A stretch of 60,797 bases of DNA, from NCBI GenBank assembly GCA_944393735.1, contig CALYBE010000001.1, positions 1 through 60,797 of the forward strand, in the 5' to 3' direction. The notes beneath the pieces are model-generated. The model was not told the DNA's origin. It worked only from the letters and a program-made list of their open reading frames with translations, and ran no database searches. A program made the translations under genes and the position numbers. The stretch comes from an uncultured Clostridia bacterium (GTDB lineage: Bacteria > Bacillota > Clostridia > TANB77 > CAG-508). Positions 26,771 to 37,644 of this stretch are shown one piece after another; the first letter of the stretch is position 1; each line of letters starts with the position of its first letter.

Positions 26771-27043
26771 ATGCAAATAACAGACGTACGTTTAAGAAAA
26801 GTAAATTCAGAGAACAGAATGAAAGCTGTTGCTTCTGTAACATTCGATAATGAATTTGTTATCCATGATATCAAAGTTATCGAAAGTCAAAACGGATTAT
26901 TCATTGCTATGCCAAGCAGAAAAACTCCAAACGGAGAATTTAAAGACATAGCTCATCCAATCAATGCTGAAACAAGGGAGAAAATTCAAAAAGCAATATT
27001 AGATGCATACAATGCTCCTGAAACAGAAGAATCAGCAGAATAA
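26771..27043 (+). CDS. spoVG: Septation/sporulation protein SpoVG
   Basis: [11 protein letters not shown]...[21 protein letters not shown]...[32 protein letters not shown] before ATG 26771. Confidence 0.95.
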   Translation: MQITDVRLRKVNSENRMKAVASVTFDNEFVIHDIKVIESQNGLFIAMPSRKTPNGEFKDIAHPINAETREKIQKAILDAYNAPETEESAE

Positions 27044-27542
27044 TAAATATGCTCCTTAAAAACAGGGGCATTTTTTTATATTCTTAGAAAAGTCGTCCCA
27101 TGAAATGTGTGAGTTTCCATAGAAGATAGTTATGAAAGAGTTAGATTTTATTATGCAACTTTGTTGCTTAGAAAATCTTGGTCTCGATTTTTATTTTATT
27201 AAGAAAAATTGATTGAAAAGGAAATTTAGACTTACATAACACATATGAAAAACTTAAATTTTCATATGTGACTTTGTTTCTTATAAAATCTTATTTCTAT
27301 TTTTTTATAAAATTTCATAAATAGTTATATAATAATGTCATTATCTTGCAATAATAATCCACATAATCAGAAAAAACAATTGCAATTTTGCAATTAATAT
27401 AGTAAAATATAAAAGTATAAATGTAAAAAAGAAAATATTAACAAAAGAAATAAGAAAATAGTTTAGTATAAGTCTGCACAAGTATTAAAGCTTCCAGACA
27501 GAAAGGAGAAAAGTTAACCCAAAAGGCTAACATATACGAAAA

Positions 27543-28634
27543 ATGAAAATAGGAATAGTAGGATTACCAAATGTAGGAAAAAGCACAATGTTTAACAGTA
27601 TAACAAAAGCAGGAGCTGAATGTGCAAACTATCCATTTTGTACAATAGAGCCAAACGTGGGAGTTGTAGCAGTACCAGATGAAAGAATAGATAATTTAGC
27701 CAAAATGTACAAACCACAAAAAATAACAAAAGCAATAGTAGAATTTGTAGATATTGCAGGACTTGTAAAAGGAGCAAGCAAAGGAGAAGGATTAGGAAAT
27801 AAATTTTTGTCACACATAAGAGAAGTAGATGCAATTGCACAAGTAGTAAGATGTTTTGAAGATCAGAATGTAATCCATGTAGATGGAAGTGTAAATCCTT
27901 TAAGAGACATTGAAACAATAAATTTAGAATTAATTTTTGCAGATATGGAAACACTAGAAAAAAGACTAGAAAAAGCAAAGAAAAATTTAAAAGCAGATAA
28001 AAAATATCAATCAGAAATAAATCTTATTGAAAAAATAAAAGCAAACCTAGAAAAAGGAATACCAGCTAGAGCTTTAGAATACAATGAAGATGAACAAGAA
28101 ATGTTAAAAGACATGTTTTTATTAACAGCAAAACCAATAATTTACATTGCAAACATTTCAGAGGATCAAATATCAAATGCAGAACATGATGACATGGTAA
28201 AACAAGTAAAAGAATATGCTTCAAAAGAAAATGCAGATGTAATACCATTATGTGTAAAAATAGAAGAAGAATTATCAGGACTAGATGAGCAAGATAAAAA
28301 AGAAATGCTAGAAGCTTTAGGATTGGAAGAATCTGGACTAGACAAATTAATAAAAAAGAGTTATGAATTATTAGGACTAATATCATTTTTGACGGCAGGA
28401 GAAACGGAAGTAAGGGCATGGACAATAAAGAAAGGTACTAAGGCACCACAAGCAGCAGGAAAAATCCATTCAGACATGGAAAGAGGATTTATAAAAGCAG
28501 AAATAGTATCTTATGAAGACTTAATGAGAGAAGGCTCAATGTTAGCTGCAAAAGAAAAAGGATTAGTTCGACAAGAAGGAAAAGAATACATAATGCAAGA
28601 TGGAGACATTGTAGTATTCAAATTTAATGTATAA
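27543..28634 (+). CDS. ychF: Ribosome-binding ATPase YchF
   Basis: GIVGLPNVGKST, DIAGLVKGAS.GEGLGN.FL, and C-terminal TGS-like RAWTI..G..A..AAG.IHSD..RGFI.AE. Confidence 0.95.
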   Translation: MKIGIVGLPNVGKSTMFNSITKAGAECANYPFCTIEPNVGVVAVPDERIDNLAKMYKPQKITKAIVEFVDIAGLVKGASKGEGLGNKFLSHIREVDAIAQVVRCFEDQNVIHVDGSVNPLRDIETINLELIFADMETLEKRLEKAKKNLKADKKYQSEINLIEKIKANLEKGIPARALEYNEDEQEMLKDMFLLTAKPIIYIANISEDQISNAEHDDMVKQVKEYASKENADVIPLCVKIEEELSGLDEQDKKEMLEALGLEESGLDKLIKKSYELLGLISFLTAGETEVRAWTIKKGTKAPQAAGKIHSDMERGFIKAEIVSYEDLMREGSMLAAKEKGLVRQEGKEYIMQDGDIVVFKFNV

Positions 28635-28845
28635 AATAAATATAAAATAAAAATATTAAGTATTAAATAGTAGATTAATGGTAAATAACAAAAAATTTTT
28701 AAAACCCAAAAATGGTAGGAATTGGGCTGTAATATAAATGTAATAAAAAAATATAAAAAAAATCTTGCATTTATGAAGAAAATATAGTATAAATATAATT
28801 GAGATATTTAAATACTATAGATAAAAATGAGAAAGAGGGTTCAGA

Positions 28846-29268
28846 ATGAAGAAAAAAATAATTTTAAAAATTGTGTTAGTTATGGTACTTGCATTTATGA
28901 TGCTTGCAATGTCAATGAATGTTTTAGCTGTTGATGATGGATATGATCCTGTAAGTGATGTAATAGATTTAGATGATCCAATAAGTAGTGGAGATGGTTC
29001 AGGTGGAAGTACTACTGTAGAAACGCCAACTACATCTACAGAAGATCCAACTATTGATTTAACTCCAGACACACCTACTACAGAAACCCCAACCACATCT
29101 ACAGAAACTCCTATTACGGAAACACCTACAACACCAGTAACAGGACAAGAAAATGACTTACCAAAAACTGGTATAGAAGATAATAGAACATTATTAGTTG
29201 CTATAGTAGTATTATTAGTAGGAGCAATAATCACATATAAAAAAGTAAATTATTATAAAAATATATAA
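28846..29268 (+). CDS. Small Thr/Pro-rich LPXTG cell-wall-anchored protein
   Basis: Signal peptide, TETPTTSTE-type repeats, LPKTG sorting motif followed by a hydrophobic segment and a basic tail. Confidence 0.8.
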   Translation: MKKKIILKIVLVMVLAFMMLAMSMNVLAVDDGYDPVSDVIDLDDPISSGDGSGGSTTVETPTTSTEDPTIDLTPDTPTTETPTTSTETPITETPTTPVTGQENDLPKTGIEDNRTLLVAIVVLLVGAIITYKKVNYYKNI

Positions 29269-29282
29269 GAGAAAAGTAAAAT

Positions 29283-29483
29283 AAAGGTTACCAACAGAGA
29301 AAATTAGTCACAGGCTGAGAACTAATTGTGGAAAACTTATTTGAAAAACTAACTCTTTAAATTTCTAGTGAATAAACTAGACGTGCAAGATACGTTACAA
29401 TCTAAATAAGTTAAAATTAGGATGGAACCGTGTATATAATAAAGCACTCCTATAGGTATAATGTACCTATAGGGGTGCTTTTT
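29283..29483 (+). promoter_or_regulatory. T-box leader (tRNA-sensing riboswitch) controlling thrS
   Basis: AGAGA box near 29296. T-box sequence AAATTAGGATGGAACCGTG (29414-29432). Terminator AAAGCACTCCTATAGG...CCTATAGGGGTGCTTTTT (29441-29482). Confidence 0.8.
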
Positions 29484-29624
29484 GTGGTATAGAAAAGAAT
29501 TCTTAAATTATAATTGAAATGTAAGCAACTCAGGTAAATTACTATTTTAATTATTATTTAACTATTTTATAAAATAATTTGTTAACATATGCATTAGTCC
29601 ATCTAAAAGAAAGGAATGATTTTT

Positions 29625-31565
29625 ATGATTAAAGTAACACTAAAAGATGAAAAAGTATTAGAGGTAGAAAAAGAAAAAACAGTATTAGATGTTGCAAAAC
29701 AAATAAGTGAAGGACTAGCAAGAATGGCAACATGTGCAGAAGTAAATGGAAAAGTAGAAGACATAAGATATGAATTAAAAGAAGACTGTGATTTAAATAT
29801 ATTAACATTTGAAAATAGTGAAGAAGGAAAAAAAGCATATTGGCATACAACATCACACATAATGGCACAAGCAATAAAAAGATTATATCCAAATGTACAA
29901 TTAGCAATAGGACCAGCAATAGAAAATGGATTTTATTATGATTTTGACACAGAATACAGATTTTCAGAAGAAGATTTTGAAAAAATTGAAGAAGAAATGA
30001 GAAGAATAATAAAAGAAAACTTACCAATTGAAAGATTTGAACTTCCAAGAAAAGAAGCTATAAAATTAATGAAAGATGCAAATGAAAGTTATAAAGTAGA
30101 ATTAATAGAAGATTTACCAGAAGGAGAAACAATCTCATTTTATAAACAAGGAGAATTTACAGATTTATGTGCAGGTCCACACTTAATGAGTACTGGAAAT
30201 ATAAAATTTGTAAAATTATTATCAGTCTCAGGAGCTTACTGGAGAGGAAATGAAAAAAATAAAATGCTTCAAAGAATATATGCCATTTCATTCCCTAAAA
30301 AGTCACAATTAGAAGAATATTTAAATTTATTAGAAGAAGCAAAACAAAGAGACCATAGAAAAATTGGAAAAGAACTTGAACTATTTATGACACATGAACT
30401 TGTAGGCTCAGGACTTCCAATGTATCTACCAGCAGGAGCAACAATAAGAAGAATTCTAGAAAGATATATACAAGATAAAGAAATAGAATTAGGATATAGT
30501 CATGTATATACACCATCACTTGCAAATGTAGCATTATACAAAACAAGTGGACATTGGGATCACTATAAAGAAGATATGTTCCCTATTATGAAAATGGAAA
30601 ATGAAGAATTAGTTTTAAGACCAATGAATTGTCCTCATCATATGCTTATTTATAAAAATAAAATGCGTTCATATAGAGATTTACCTATAAGAATAGGAGA
30701 ACTAGCACATGACTTTAGATATGAAGCAAGTGGAACAGTTTGTGGACTAGAAAGAGTTAGAGAAATGTGCCAAAATGACGCACACCTTTTTGTAAGACCA
30801 GATCAAATAAAAGAAGAAGTAGGAAATGTATTAAAATTAATTAAAGAAGTATATCAAAAAGACTTTGGGTTTGCTGAAAGTTCATTTAAATACAGATTAT
30901 CATTAAGAGATAAAAATAATAAAGAAAAGTATATAGATAATGATGAAATGTGGGAAACAGCAGAAGAACAGCTAAGAGCAATTCTAAAAGATATGAAAAT
31001 AGACTTTTATGAAGCAGAAGGGGAAGCAGCATTTTATGGACCCAAAATAGATATTCAAATAAAAACAGCATTAAACCATGATGTAACAATACCAACATGT
31101 CAATTAGATTTTGCATTACCAGAAAGATTTGACTTAACATATATAGGAGAGGATAATAAGGAACATAGACCAGTCGTAATCCATAGAGCAATACTTGGAA
31201 CTTCAGACAGATTCATATCTTTCTTAATAGAAGAAACAAAAGGAGCATTCCCAACATGGTTAGCACCGGTACAAGCAAAAGTTTTAACTATAACAGATAA
31301 TCAAAAAGACTATGCTCAAAAACTAAAAAATCTATTGACAAGCAAAAAAATTAGAGTTGAATTAGATGATAGAAATGAGAAAATTGGATATAAAATTAGA
31401 GAAGCACAATTACAAAAAGTACCATACATGTTAGTTATAGGAGATAAAGAAGTTGAAAACAACAGTGTAGGAGTACGTTCAAGAAAAGATGGAGACATTG
31501 GACAAATGTCAGTTGATGAATTTGTAGCTAAAATCCAAGAAGAAATTGAGACCAAAGCAAGATAA
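29625..31565 (+). CDS. thrS: Threonine--tRNA ligase
   Basis: TGS domain N-terminus, HRKIGKELELF, RPMNCPHH, class II motifs. The start is taken at the second ATG (better RBS spacing). Confidence 0.95.
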   Translation: MIKVTLKDEKVLEVEKEKTVLDVAKQISEGLARMATCAEVNGKVEDIRYELKEDCDLNILTFENSEEGKKAYWHTTSHIMAQAIKRLYPNVQLAIGPAIENGFYYDFDTEYRFSEEDFEKIEEEMRRIIKENLPIERFELPRKEAIKLMKDANESYKVELIEDLPEGETISFYKQGEFTDLCAGPHLMSTGNIKFVKLLSVSGAYWRGNEKNKMLQRIYAISFPKKSQLEEYLNLLEEAKQRDHRKIGKELELFMTHELVGSGLPMYLPAGATIRRILERYIQDKEIELGYSHVYTPSLANVALYKTSGHWDHYKEDMFPIMKMENEELVLRPMNCPHHMLIYKNKMRSYRDLPIRIGELAHDFRYEASGTVCGLERVREMCQNDAHLFVRPDQIKEEVGNVLKLIKEVYQKDFGFAESSFKYRLSLRDKNNKEKYIDNDEMWETAEEQLRAILKDMKIDFYEAEGEAAFYGPKIDIQIKTALNHDVTIPTCQLDFALPERFDLTYIGEDNKEHRPVVIHRAILGTSDRFISFLIEETKGAFPTWLAPVQAKVLTITDNQKDYAQKLKNLLTSKKIRVELDDRNEKIGYKIREAQLQKVPYMLVIGDKEVENNSVGVRSRKDGDIGQMSVDEFVAKIQEEIETKAR

Positions 31566-31578
31566 TGTCGGTGTCAAT

Positions 31579-31605
31579 GTCAATGGGGACGGAGGTTTTG
31601 ACAAC
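31579..31605 (+). repeat. REP copy
   Basis: GTCAATGGGGACGGAGGTTTTGACAAC. Confidence 0.85.
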
Positions 31606-31902
31606 ATATATAATAAAAAAGTTCAAATAATTATAAGTTTAGACAAAAAATACCAAAACAGTGTGATATAATAAAAAATATTATATCACACTATTTTGGT
31701 AAAAGGAGAAATATAATTTCAAGGCATCCAAAAATTACATGAAGACGTCATTTTTTATATAATTAACTAATCAATGAATTTATAAAAGACTTATACTAAA
31801 AAAAGCAGAAGAAATAAAAAATAAGCAAAGTGTCGGATAGAAAATTTATAATCAATAAAGTAAAATTAAATATTAGATAAAAGTTATGAGAGCATCGTAA
31901 AA

Positions 31903-31929
31903 GTTGTCAAAATCTCCGTCCCTACTGAC
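31903..31929 (-). repeat. REP copy
   Basis: GTTGTCAAAATCTCCGTCCCTACTGAC. Confidence 0.85.
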
Positions 31930-32030
31930 AAGACATGAAATTTATTTAATAAATTTTGAAAAAAAGTATAAAAAAACATAAAAACATGATATAATAGGAC
32001 TCAAAGCTGAAAAAACAAGGAGGAGATAAA

Positions 32031-32318
32031 ATGCAAGTAAGTAAAGAAGAAATATTGCATATTGCAAATTTAGCACAATTAGAACTAAAAGATGAAGAGA
32101 TAGAAAAATACATCTTAAATTTACAAGAAATATTGGATTTTGCAAATATAGTAAATAATGCACCTACTGAAGGATTAGACATTACAATAGGAGCAAATGA
32201 AGCAAAAAATATATTTAGAAAAGATGAAGTAAAAACATTTGATAACATAGAAGGATTATTACAAAATGCACCAGAACAAGACAAGCATATGTTTAAAATT
32301 CCAAAGGTGCTTGACTAA
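32031..32318 (+). CDS. gatC: Asp/Glu-tRNA amidotransferase subunit C
   Basis: 95 aa, IAxLAxLxL..EE pattern, immediately upstream of gatA. Confidence 0.9.
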   Translation: MQVSKEEILHIANLAQLELKDEEIEKYILNLQEILDFANIVNNAPTEGLDITIGANEAKNIFRKDEVKTFDNIEGLLQNAPEQDKHMFKIPKVLD

Positions 32319-32354
32319 CACTTGATTAAAACTTAAAATTAAAGGAGGAAGCAA

Positions 32355-33824
32355 ATGGATATTACAGAATTAACAGTACATGAATTACAAGGAAAATTAA
32401 AAAATAAAGAGTTAACAATAACTCAAATAAATGAAGCATATGTTAATAGAATAAAAGAAAAAGAGCCAGAAGTACAAGCGTTTATAACAGAATTAACAGA
32501 CCAAGGAATGAAGCAAGCAAAACAAATTCAAAACAAAATAGATAATGGAGAAAAAGTAGGAGATTTAGCAGGAATACCAATAGGAATAAAAGACATTATC
32601 TGTACAAAAGGTGTAAAAACAACATGTGCATCAAAAATGTTAGAAAATTTCATTGCACCATATGATGCAACAGTAATGGAAAAAATAAATGCAGAAGAAA
32701 TGATAGATTTAGGAAAACTAAATATGGATGAATTTGCAATGGGAGGTTCCACTGAATATTCATATTTTAAGAAAACAAGAAATCCATGGGATTTAAGTAG
32801 AGTTCCAGGAGGTTCATCAGGAGGTTCTGCAGCAGCAGTATCTGCAAATATGGTACCATGGGCACTAGGAACAGATACTGGAGGAAGTATACGTCAACCA
32901 GCTGCACTATGTGGAGTTGTAGGTTTAAAGCCAACATATGGACTAGTTTCAAGATATGGATTAGTAGCATTTGCATCATCACTTGACCAAGTAGGAGTAT
33001 TCACAAAAGATGTACAAGATTGTGCAATACTATTAAATGTAATTGCAGGACATGATGAAAAAGACACAACATCAGTAGATGTAGGTTCAAAAGATTATAC
33101 AAAATCATTACAAAAAGATATAAAAGGCTTAAGAATAGGAGTTCCAAAAGAATTTTATGGAGAGGGAATTAATCCAGAAGTAAAATCATGTTTAGAAACA
33201 GCAATTGCAAAATATAAAGAAATGGGAGCAGAAGTAGAAGAATTCTCATTAGACATAGCAAAATATGCATTAGCAACATATTATATAATTGCTTGTGCAG
33301 AAGCAAGTTCAAATTTAGGAAGATATGATGGAATAAGATATACATATAGATCACCAGAAGCAAAAACATTAAAAGAAATTTATAAAAAATCAAGAAGTGA
33401 AGCATTTGGTGCAGAAGTAAAAAGAAGAATTATACTTGGAACATATGTATTATCATCAGGATATTATGATGCATACTACAAAAAAGCACAACAAGTTAGA
33501 ACATTAGTAATGAATGAATTTAATAAAGCATTTGAAAAATATGATGTAATTATAACCCCAACATCACCAACAACAGCATTTAAATTAGGCTCAAAATCAA
33601 ATAATCCAATGGAAATGTATTTAGCAGATATTTGTACAGTTTCTGTAAATATTGCTGGTTTACCAGGAATTTCAGTACCATGTGGAGTTGATAGTGAAGG
33701 TATGCCAATAGGAATGCAAATAATAGGAAATAAATTTTGTGAAGAAACAATTATAAAAACAGCATATGCTTATGAACAAGAAACAAAATTTAGAGAAAAA
33801 TACAAACCTACTTTTAAAAAATAA
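32355..33824 (+). CDS. gatA: Asp/Glu-tRNA amidotransferase subunit A
   Basis: Amidase signature [11 protein letters not shown]...[12 protein letters not shown]. Confidence 0.95.
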   Translation: MDITELTVHELQGKLKNKELTITQINEAYVNRIKEKEPEVQAFITELTDQGMKQAKQIQNKIDNGEKVGDLAGIPIGIKDIICTKGVKTTCASKMLENFIAPYDATVMEKINAEEMIDLGKLNMDEFAMGGSTEYSYFKKTRNPWDLSRVPGGSSGGSAAAVSANMVPWALGTDTGGSIRQPAALCGVVGLKPTYGLVSRYGLVAFASSLDQVGVFTKDVQDCAILLNVIAGHDEKDTTSVDVGSKDYTKSLQKDIKGLRIGVPKEFYGEGINPEVKSCLETAIAKYKEMGAEVEEFSLDIAKYALATYYIIACAEASSNLGRYDGIRYTYRSPEAKTLKEIYKKSRSEAFGAEVKRRIILGTYVLSSGYYDAYYKKAQQVRTLVMNEFNKAFEKYDVIITPTSPTTAFKLGSKSNNPMEMYLADICTVSVNIAGLPGISVPCGVDSEGMPIGMQIIGNKFCEETIIKTAYAYEQETKFREKYKPTFKK

Positions 33825-33845
33825 ATCAAAAAGGTAGAATAAAAA

Positions 33846-34201
33846 ATGGGTGATGATTTTAAGTTTACAGCAGGACAAAAAAACAAAATATATAATGAAC
33901 AACTAAAACCACTAAAATTAAGAATATCACAAATTTTATTATATGATACAAAGCAGCGATAACATTTTTACAAGAATATAATGAACTAATTGAAAATATA
34001 CCATATAATGAATTAATGGATAAAATTACAAAGCTAGAATTTAGAATTACTGAATATGAAAAAGGACAAGTCAAAGAAAAATGTTTTGAAGATAAAAGCA
34101 AAACAATCATTATGCAAATAGAAGAACTTAATAGATTACAACAAAACAAAAATCCTAAAGCAAAGAGCTATGTTGAAAAAAATAATAAGCATTTTTTCTA
34201 G
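33846..34201 (+). pseudogene. Possible frameshifted remnant of a small gene between gatA and the GH3 gene
   Basis: A 38-codon ORF (33846-33962) is followed in another frame by an open stretch continuing into the 61-aa ORF 34016-34201. No single intact frame exists. Confidence 0.25.
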
Positions 34202-34261
34202 TAAGGTTTTTAGTAAAGTCCTTAAATTACCACTTAAGGCAGAAGAATAAGGAGATTAAAA

Positions 34262-35560
34262 GTGAAAAAAATATCAAGATCAACAAAGATATTAATAAGC
34301 ATATTATTGATATTATGTGTAATAGCAACAGTACTTGTTGTGAAAGATATAAATGAACAAAACACTAAATTAAATGAGGATTTAAGCTCTAATGCAAGTT
34401 CAACTTTAGAAACAGAAAACGATAATGATATATCTAATCCAAATGAAAACACACAAGCAAATGTAGAAACAAATACTACGCAAACTACTACAACAAATCC
34501 ACCAGAAAATGATGATGAAGATGTCTCAAATGAATTATTTGCAAAATATTATGAGCAAGCAGAACAAATAATGAAAGATATGACAATAGAAGAAAAAGTT
34601 GCTCAAATGTTTTTAGTAAGATATCCAGATAATGGAGTAATAAATCAAATAAAAAATGAAGCACCAGGAGGATATATATTATTTGGAAAAGACTTTGATA
34701 ATGAAACTAAAGAAAGCATATTAAAAGAATTAACAGAAAATCAACAAGCAAGTAAAATAGGACTTATATTTGGAGTAGATGAAGAAGGAGGAACAGTTGT
34801 AAGAGTAAGTTCTCATAAAGCATTTAGAAGTTCAAAATTTCAATCACCACAAGATATATGGAAGCAAGGTCAATTACCTAAAATATTAGAAGACTCAAAA
34901 GAAAAATCAAAATTATTAGAAAGTATAGGATTAAATATGAACTTAGCACCAGTTGTAGATGTTCCAACAAAAACTAGTTCATTTATGTATAAAAGATCAT
35001 ATGGAAGAGGAGCAGAAAAAACTGCAATATATGTAGCAAGACTAATACAAACAATGAATGAAGATAATATGATTTCTGTTATGAAACATTTCCCAGGGTA
35101 TGGCGATAATGTAGACACACATACTGGAATTGCTATTGATGAAAGGCCATACTCAACATTTGAAACATCTGATTTTCTACCATTTGAAAGTGGAATAGAA
35201 GCAGGAGGGCTATGTATCTTAGTAAGTCATAATGTAGTAAAAGCAATGGATGAAAATTATCCAGCATCATTATCAGAAAATGTTCACAAAATTCTAAGAG
35301 AAGACTTAAAATTTTCTGGAATAGTTATGACAGACGATTTATCAATGGATGCAGTAAAAACATATGCTGAGAATGGAGATGTAGCAGTACAAGCAGTACT
35401 AGCTGGAAATGATATGCTAATTTCATCAGATTTTGTAGAACAAAAACAAGAAATTTTAAAAGCAATAGAAGATAAAAAAATAAATGAAAACCTAATAAAT
35501 AAAGCAGTTAGGAGAATACTTTCAATGAAAATTGCTTATGGAATAATAGATAATATTTAA
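34262..35560 (+). CDS. Membrane-anchored glycoside hydrolase family 3 (NagZ-like beta-N-acetylhexosaminidase)
   Basis: N-terminal TM anchor. GGYILFG, DEEGG.V.R, KHFPGYG motifs. GTG start lies 7 nt after AAGGAG. Confidence 0.8.
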   Translation: MKKISRSTKILISILLILCVIATVLVVKDINEQNTKLNEDLSSNASSTLETENDNDISNPNENTQANVETNTTQTTTTNPPENDDEDVSNELFAKYYEQAEQIMKDMTIEEKVAQMFLVRYPDNGVINQIKNEAPGGYILFGKDFDNETKESILKELTENQQASKIGLIFGVDEEGGTVVRVSSHKAFRSSKFQSPQDIWKQGQLPKILEDSKEKSKLLESIGLNMNLAPVVDVPTKTSSFMYKRSYGRGAEKTAIYVARLIQTMNEDNMISVMKHFPGYGDNVDTHTGIAIDERPYSTFETSDFLPFESGIEAGGLCILVSHNVVKAMDENYPASLSENVHKILREDLKFSGIVMTDDLSMDAVKTYAENGDVAVQAVLAGNDMLISSDFVEQKQEILKAIEDKKINENLINKAVRRILSMKIAYGIIDNI

Positions 35561-35596
35561 AAATTTAATACAAAAAATAAGGAGGTTTACATACAA

Positions 35597-37036
35597 ATGG
35601 CAAGAGAAGATTATGAAGTAGTAATGGGGTTAGAAGTTCACGCAGAACTTTCAACAAAAACAAAAATATTTTGTAGTTGTCCTACAAAATTTGGAGCAAA
35701 ACCTAATACACAAGTATGCCCAATATGTATGGCAATGCCAGGAACATTACCAACGTTAAACGAAAAAGTTGTAGAATATGCAGTAAAGGCAGGTCTTGCA
35801 ACAAATTGTGAAATATCAAGAAATAGTAAAAACGATAGGAAAAACTATTTTTATCCAGATTTACCAAAAGCATATCAAATATCACAATATGACAAACCTT
35901 TATGTGAGCATGGATATATCGAGATAGAGACAAGTAAAGGAAAAAAGAAAATAGGAATAACACGTATTCATATTGAGGAAGATGCAGGAAAACTAGATCA
36001 TGATGACTTAGGTGGAGGAGCACTTGTAGACTTAAATAGAGCAGGAGTACCACTAATAGAAATAGTATCTGAACCAGATTTCCGTTCAATAGAAGAAGTA
36101 GATAGCTACTTAAAAAAATTAAAATCAATACTTGAATATATAGAAGTATCAGACTGTAAAATGCAAGAAGGTTCATATAGAGCAGATGTAAACACATCAA
36201 TCAGACCAATTGGTTCTCAAAAACTAGGAACACGTACAGAAATGAAAAACATGAACTCATTTAGAAGCATTACAAGAGCACTAGAATATGAAATAGGTAG
36301 ACAAGTTGAAGTACTAGATAATGGAGGAACAGTTGAACAAGAAACTCGAAAATGGGATGAAGTATCTGGAAAAACATTTTCAATGAGAGATAAAGAAAAT
36401 GCTGAAGATTATAGATATTTCCCAGAACCAGATTTAGTCGCAATAAAACTATCAGAAGAATATATAGAAAATATCAGAAAAACATTACCAGAAATGCCAG
36501 AAAGCAGAAAACAGAGATACTTAAATGATTACAAATTATCAGAAAAAGATGCTGGAATTATCACATCATCTAAATATCTATCTGACTTATTCGAGAAAGC
36601 AGGCGAGATATGTGGTAATTATAAGGCAGTAAATAACTGGATTATTTCAGATATTTCTAGAATTTTGAATGAAACAGAAATGGACCCAATAGAAATACCA
36701 TTTGACGCTAAACAATTAGCTAAGCTAGTAATGCTAATAGACAAAGGAACAATAAGTTCAAGTATAGGTAAAAAGGTTTTAGTTGAACTATTTAAAAATC
36801 CTAGAGACCCAGAAGAGATCATTAAAGAAAAAGGTTGGATACAAATTTCTGATGAGGGTGCAATTAAAGATGTAGTACTAAAAATTATTGAAGCAAATCC
36901 TCAATCTGTTGCAGATTATAAAGGTGGAAAAGAAAGAGCTTTAGGATTTTTAGTAGGACAAGCTATGAAAGAAACTAAAGGAAAAGCTAACCCACAAATG
37001 CTTAACAAGATGTTTGTAGAAGAATTAAAAAAATAA
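35597..37036 (+). CDS. gatB: Asp/Glu-tRNA amidotransferase subunit B
   Basis: YE.V.GLEVHAEL.T..K.FC.C, RIHIEEDAGK, and a C-terminal GatB/YqeY domain. Confidence 0.95.
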   Translation: MAREDYEVVMGLEVHAELSTKTKIFCSCPTKFGAKPNTQVCPICMAMPGTLPTLNEKVVEYAVKAGLATNCEISRNSKNDRKNYFYPDLPKAYQISQYDKPLCEHGYIEIETSKGKKKIGITRIHIEEDAGKLDHDDLGGGALVDLNRAGVPLIEIVSEPDFRSIEEVDSYLKKLKSILEYIEVSDCKMQEGSYRADVNTSIRPIGSQKLGTRTEMKNMNSFRSITRALEYEIGRQVEVLDNGGTVEQETRKWDEVSGKTFSMRDKENAEDYRYFPEPDLVAIKLSEEYIENIRKTLPEMPESRKQRYLNDYKLSEKDAGIITSSKYLSDLFEKAGEICGNYKAVNNWIISDISRILNETEMDPIEIPFDAKQLAKLVMLIDKGTISSSIGKKVLVELFKNPRDPEEIIKEKGWIQISDEGAIKDVVLKIIEANPQSVADYKGGKERALGFLVGQAMKETKGKANPQMLNKMFVEELKK

Positions 37037-37139
37037 AAAAGTATAGAGAGATTTGAAATATCAAAGTCTCTCTTTTTATTTAAAAATTATGTTAGATAAT
37101 ATTGACAAGTTAAGATGGTAGTCTATTAAAGTTGAAAAT

Positions 37140-37385
37140 TTAAATCCCTTGTTTTTTTATAAAATCAACCACAATTCCACAAATAATAAACTCAACTGCA
37201 AAAGTAAAACTTGACTTAAGCAAAGCTAAGCCCAAATGGTAAAAAAAAGCAGAACCAAGAAAAATATATGCAAGCAATACTCCTACAGAAGCAAGTGCTA
37301 GAAATGTAGAAAACAATAAACCGTATTTCATAATTTTATATGTATCTTTATCTAAATTTTTTATAGCTAAAATTATCTTTTGCAT
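37140..37385 (-). CDS. Small membrane protein (two or three TM segments)
   Basis: The 81-aa hydrophobic product is the only plausible ORF in this gap. No family is recognised. Confidence 0.4.
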   Translation of the reverse strand: MQKIILAIKNLDKDTYKIMKYGLLFSTFLALASVGVLLAYIFLGSAFFYHLGLALLKSSFTFAVEFIICGIVVDFIKKQGI

Positions 37386-37644
37386 AAAATCACCTCATAA
37401 ATATAATAACATGCTAAAAGACTAAAATCAAAGGAAATAAAAGGAATTAAAACTATTTAAAGCAATATGTTATAGAATAATTTTGCCACCAAAAATTAAG
37501 TTTAATCATAATGAACTATTGCTAAATTTTTCCGATTATTGTAAAATAAGGTGGTAAATAATAAAAAAATAAGAATATAAGCGCAAAATCTAGCAATAAA
37601 ATTAACAAGCAAAATAATAAATTAAAGAAAGGACATTCAATCAA

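Larger units (their letters stand above)
31579..31929 (+). mobile_element. Miniature, internally deleted derivative of the RAYT unit
   Basis: It has the same terminal REPs (1 and 3 mismatches) and the same subterminal hairpin. The left ~190 bp and right ~110 bp align with 21931-22861. The start codon is mutated and ~580 bp of the transposase gene is missing. Confidence 0.8.

Noticed and set aside
27155-27305. Two imperfect ~38-nt direct repeats (27155-27192 and 27268-27305) plus a perfect 12-bp hairpin (27240-27270) in the 500-bp spoVG-ychF spacer.
   Set aside because: Similarity is only ~75% in very AT-rich sequence, and no known motif was recognised. There is not enough support to call an sRNA or regulatory element.
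21910-31929. Recurrent ~27-bp repeat considered as a possible CRISPR array.
   Set aside because: Copies are kilobases apart, irregularly spaced and in both orientations, and they flank a Y1 transposase. This is REP/RAYT behaviour, not CRISPR.
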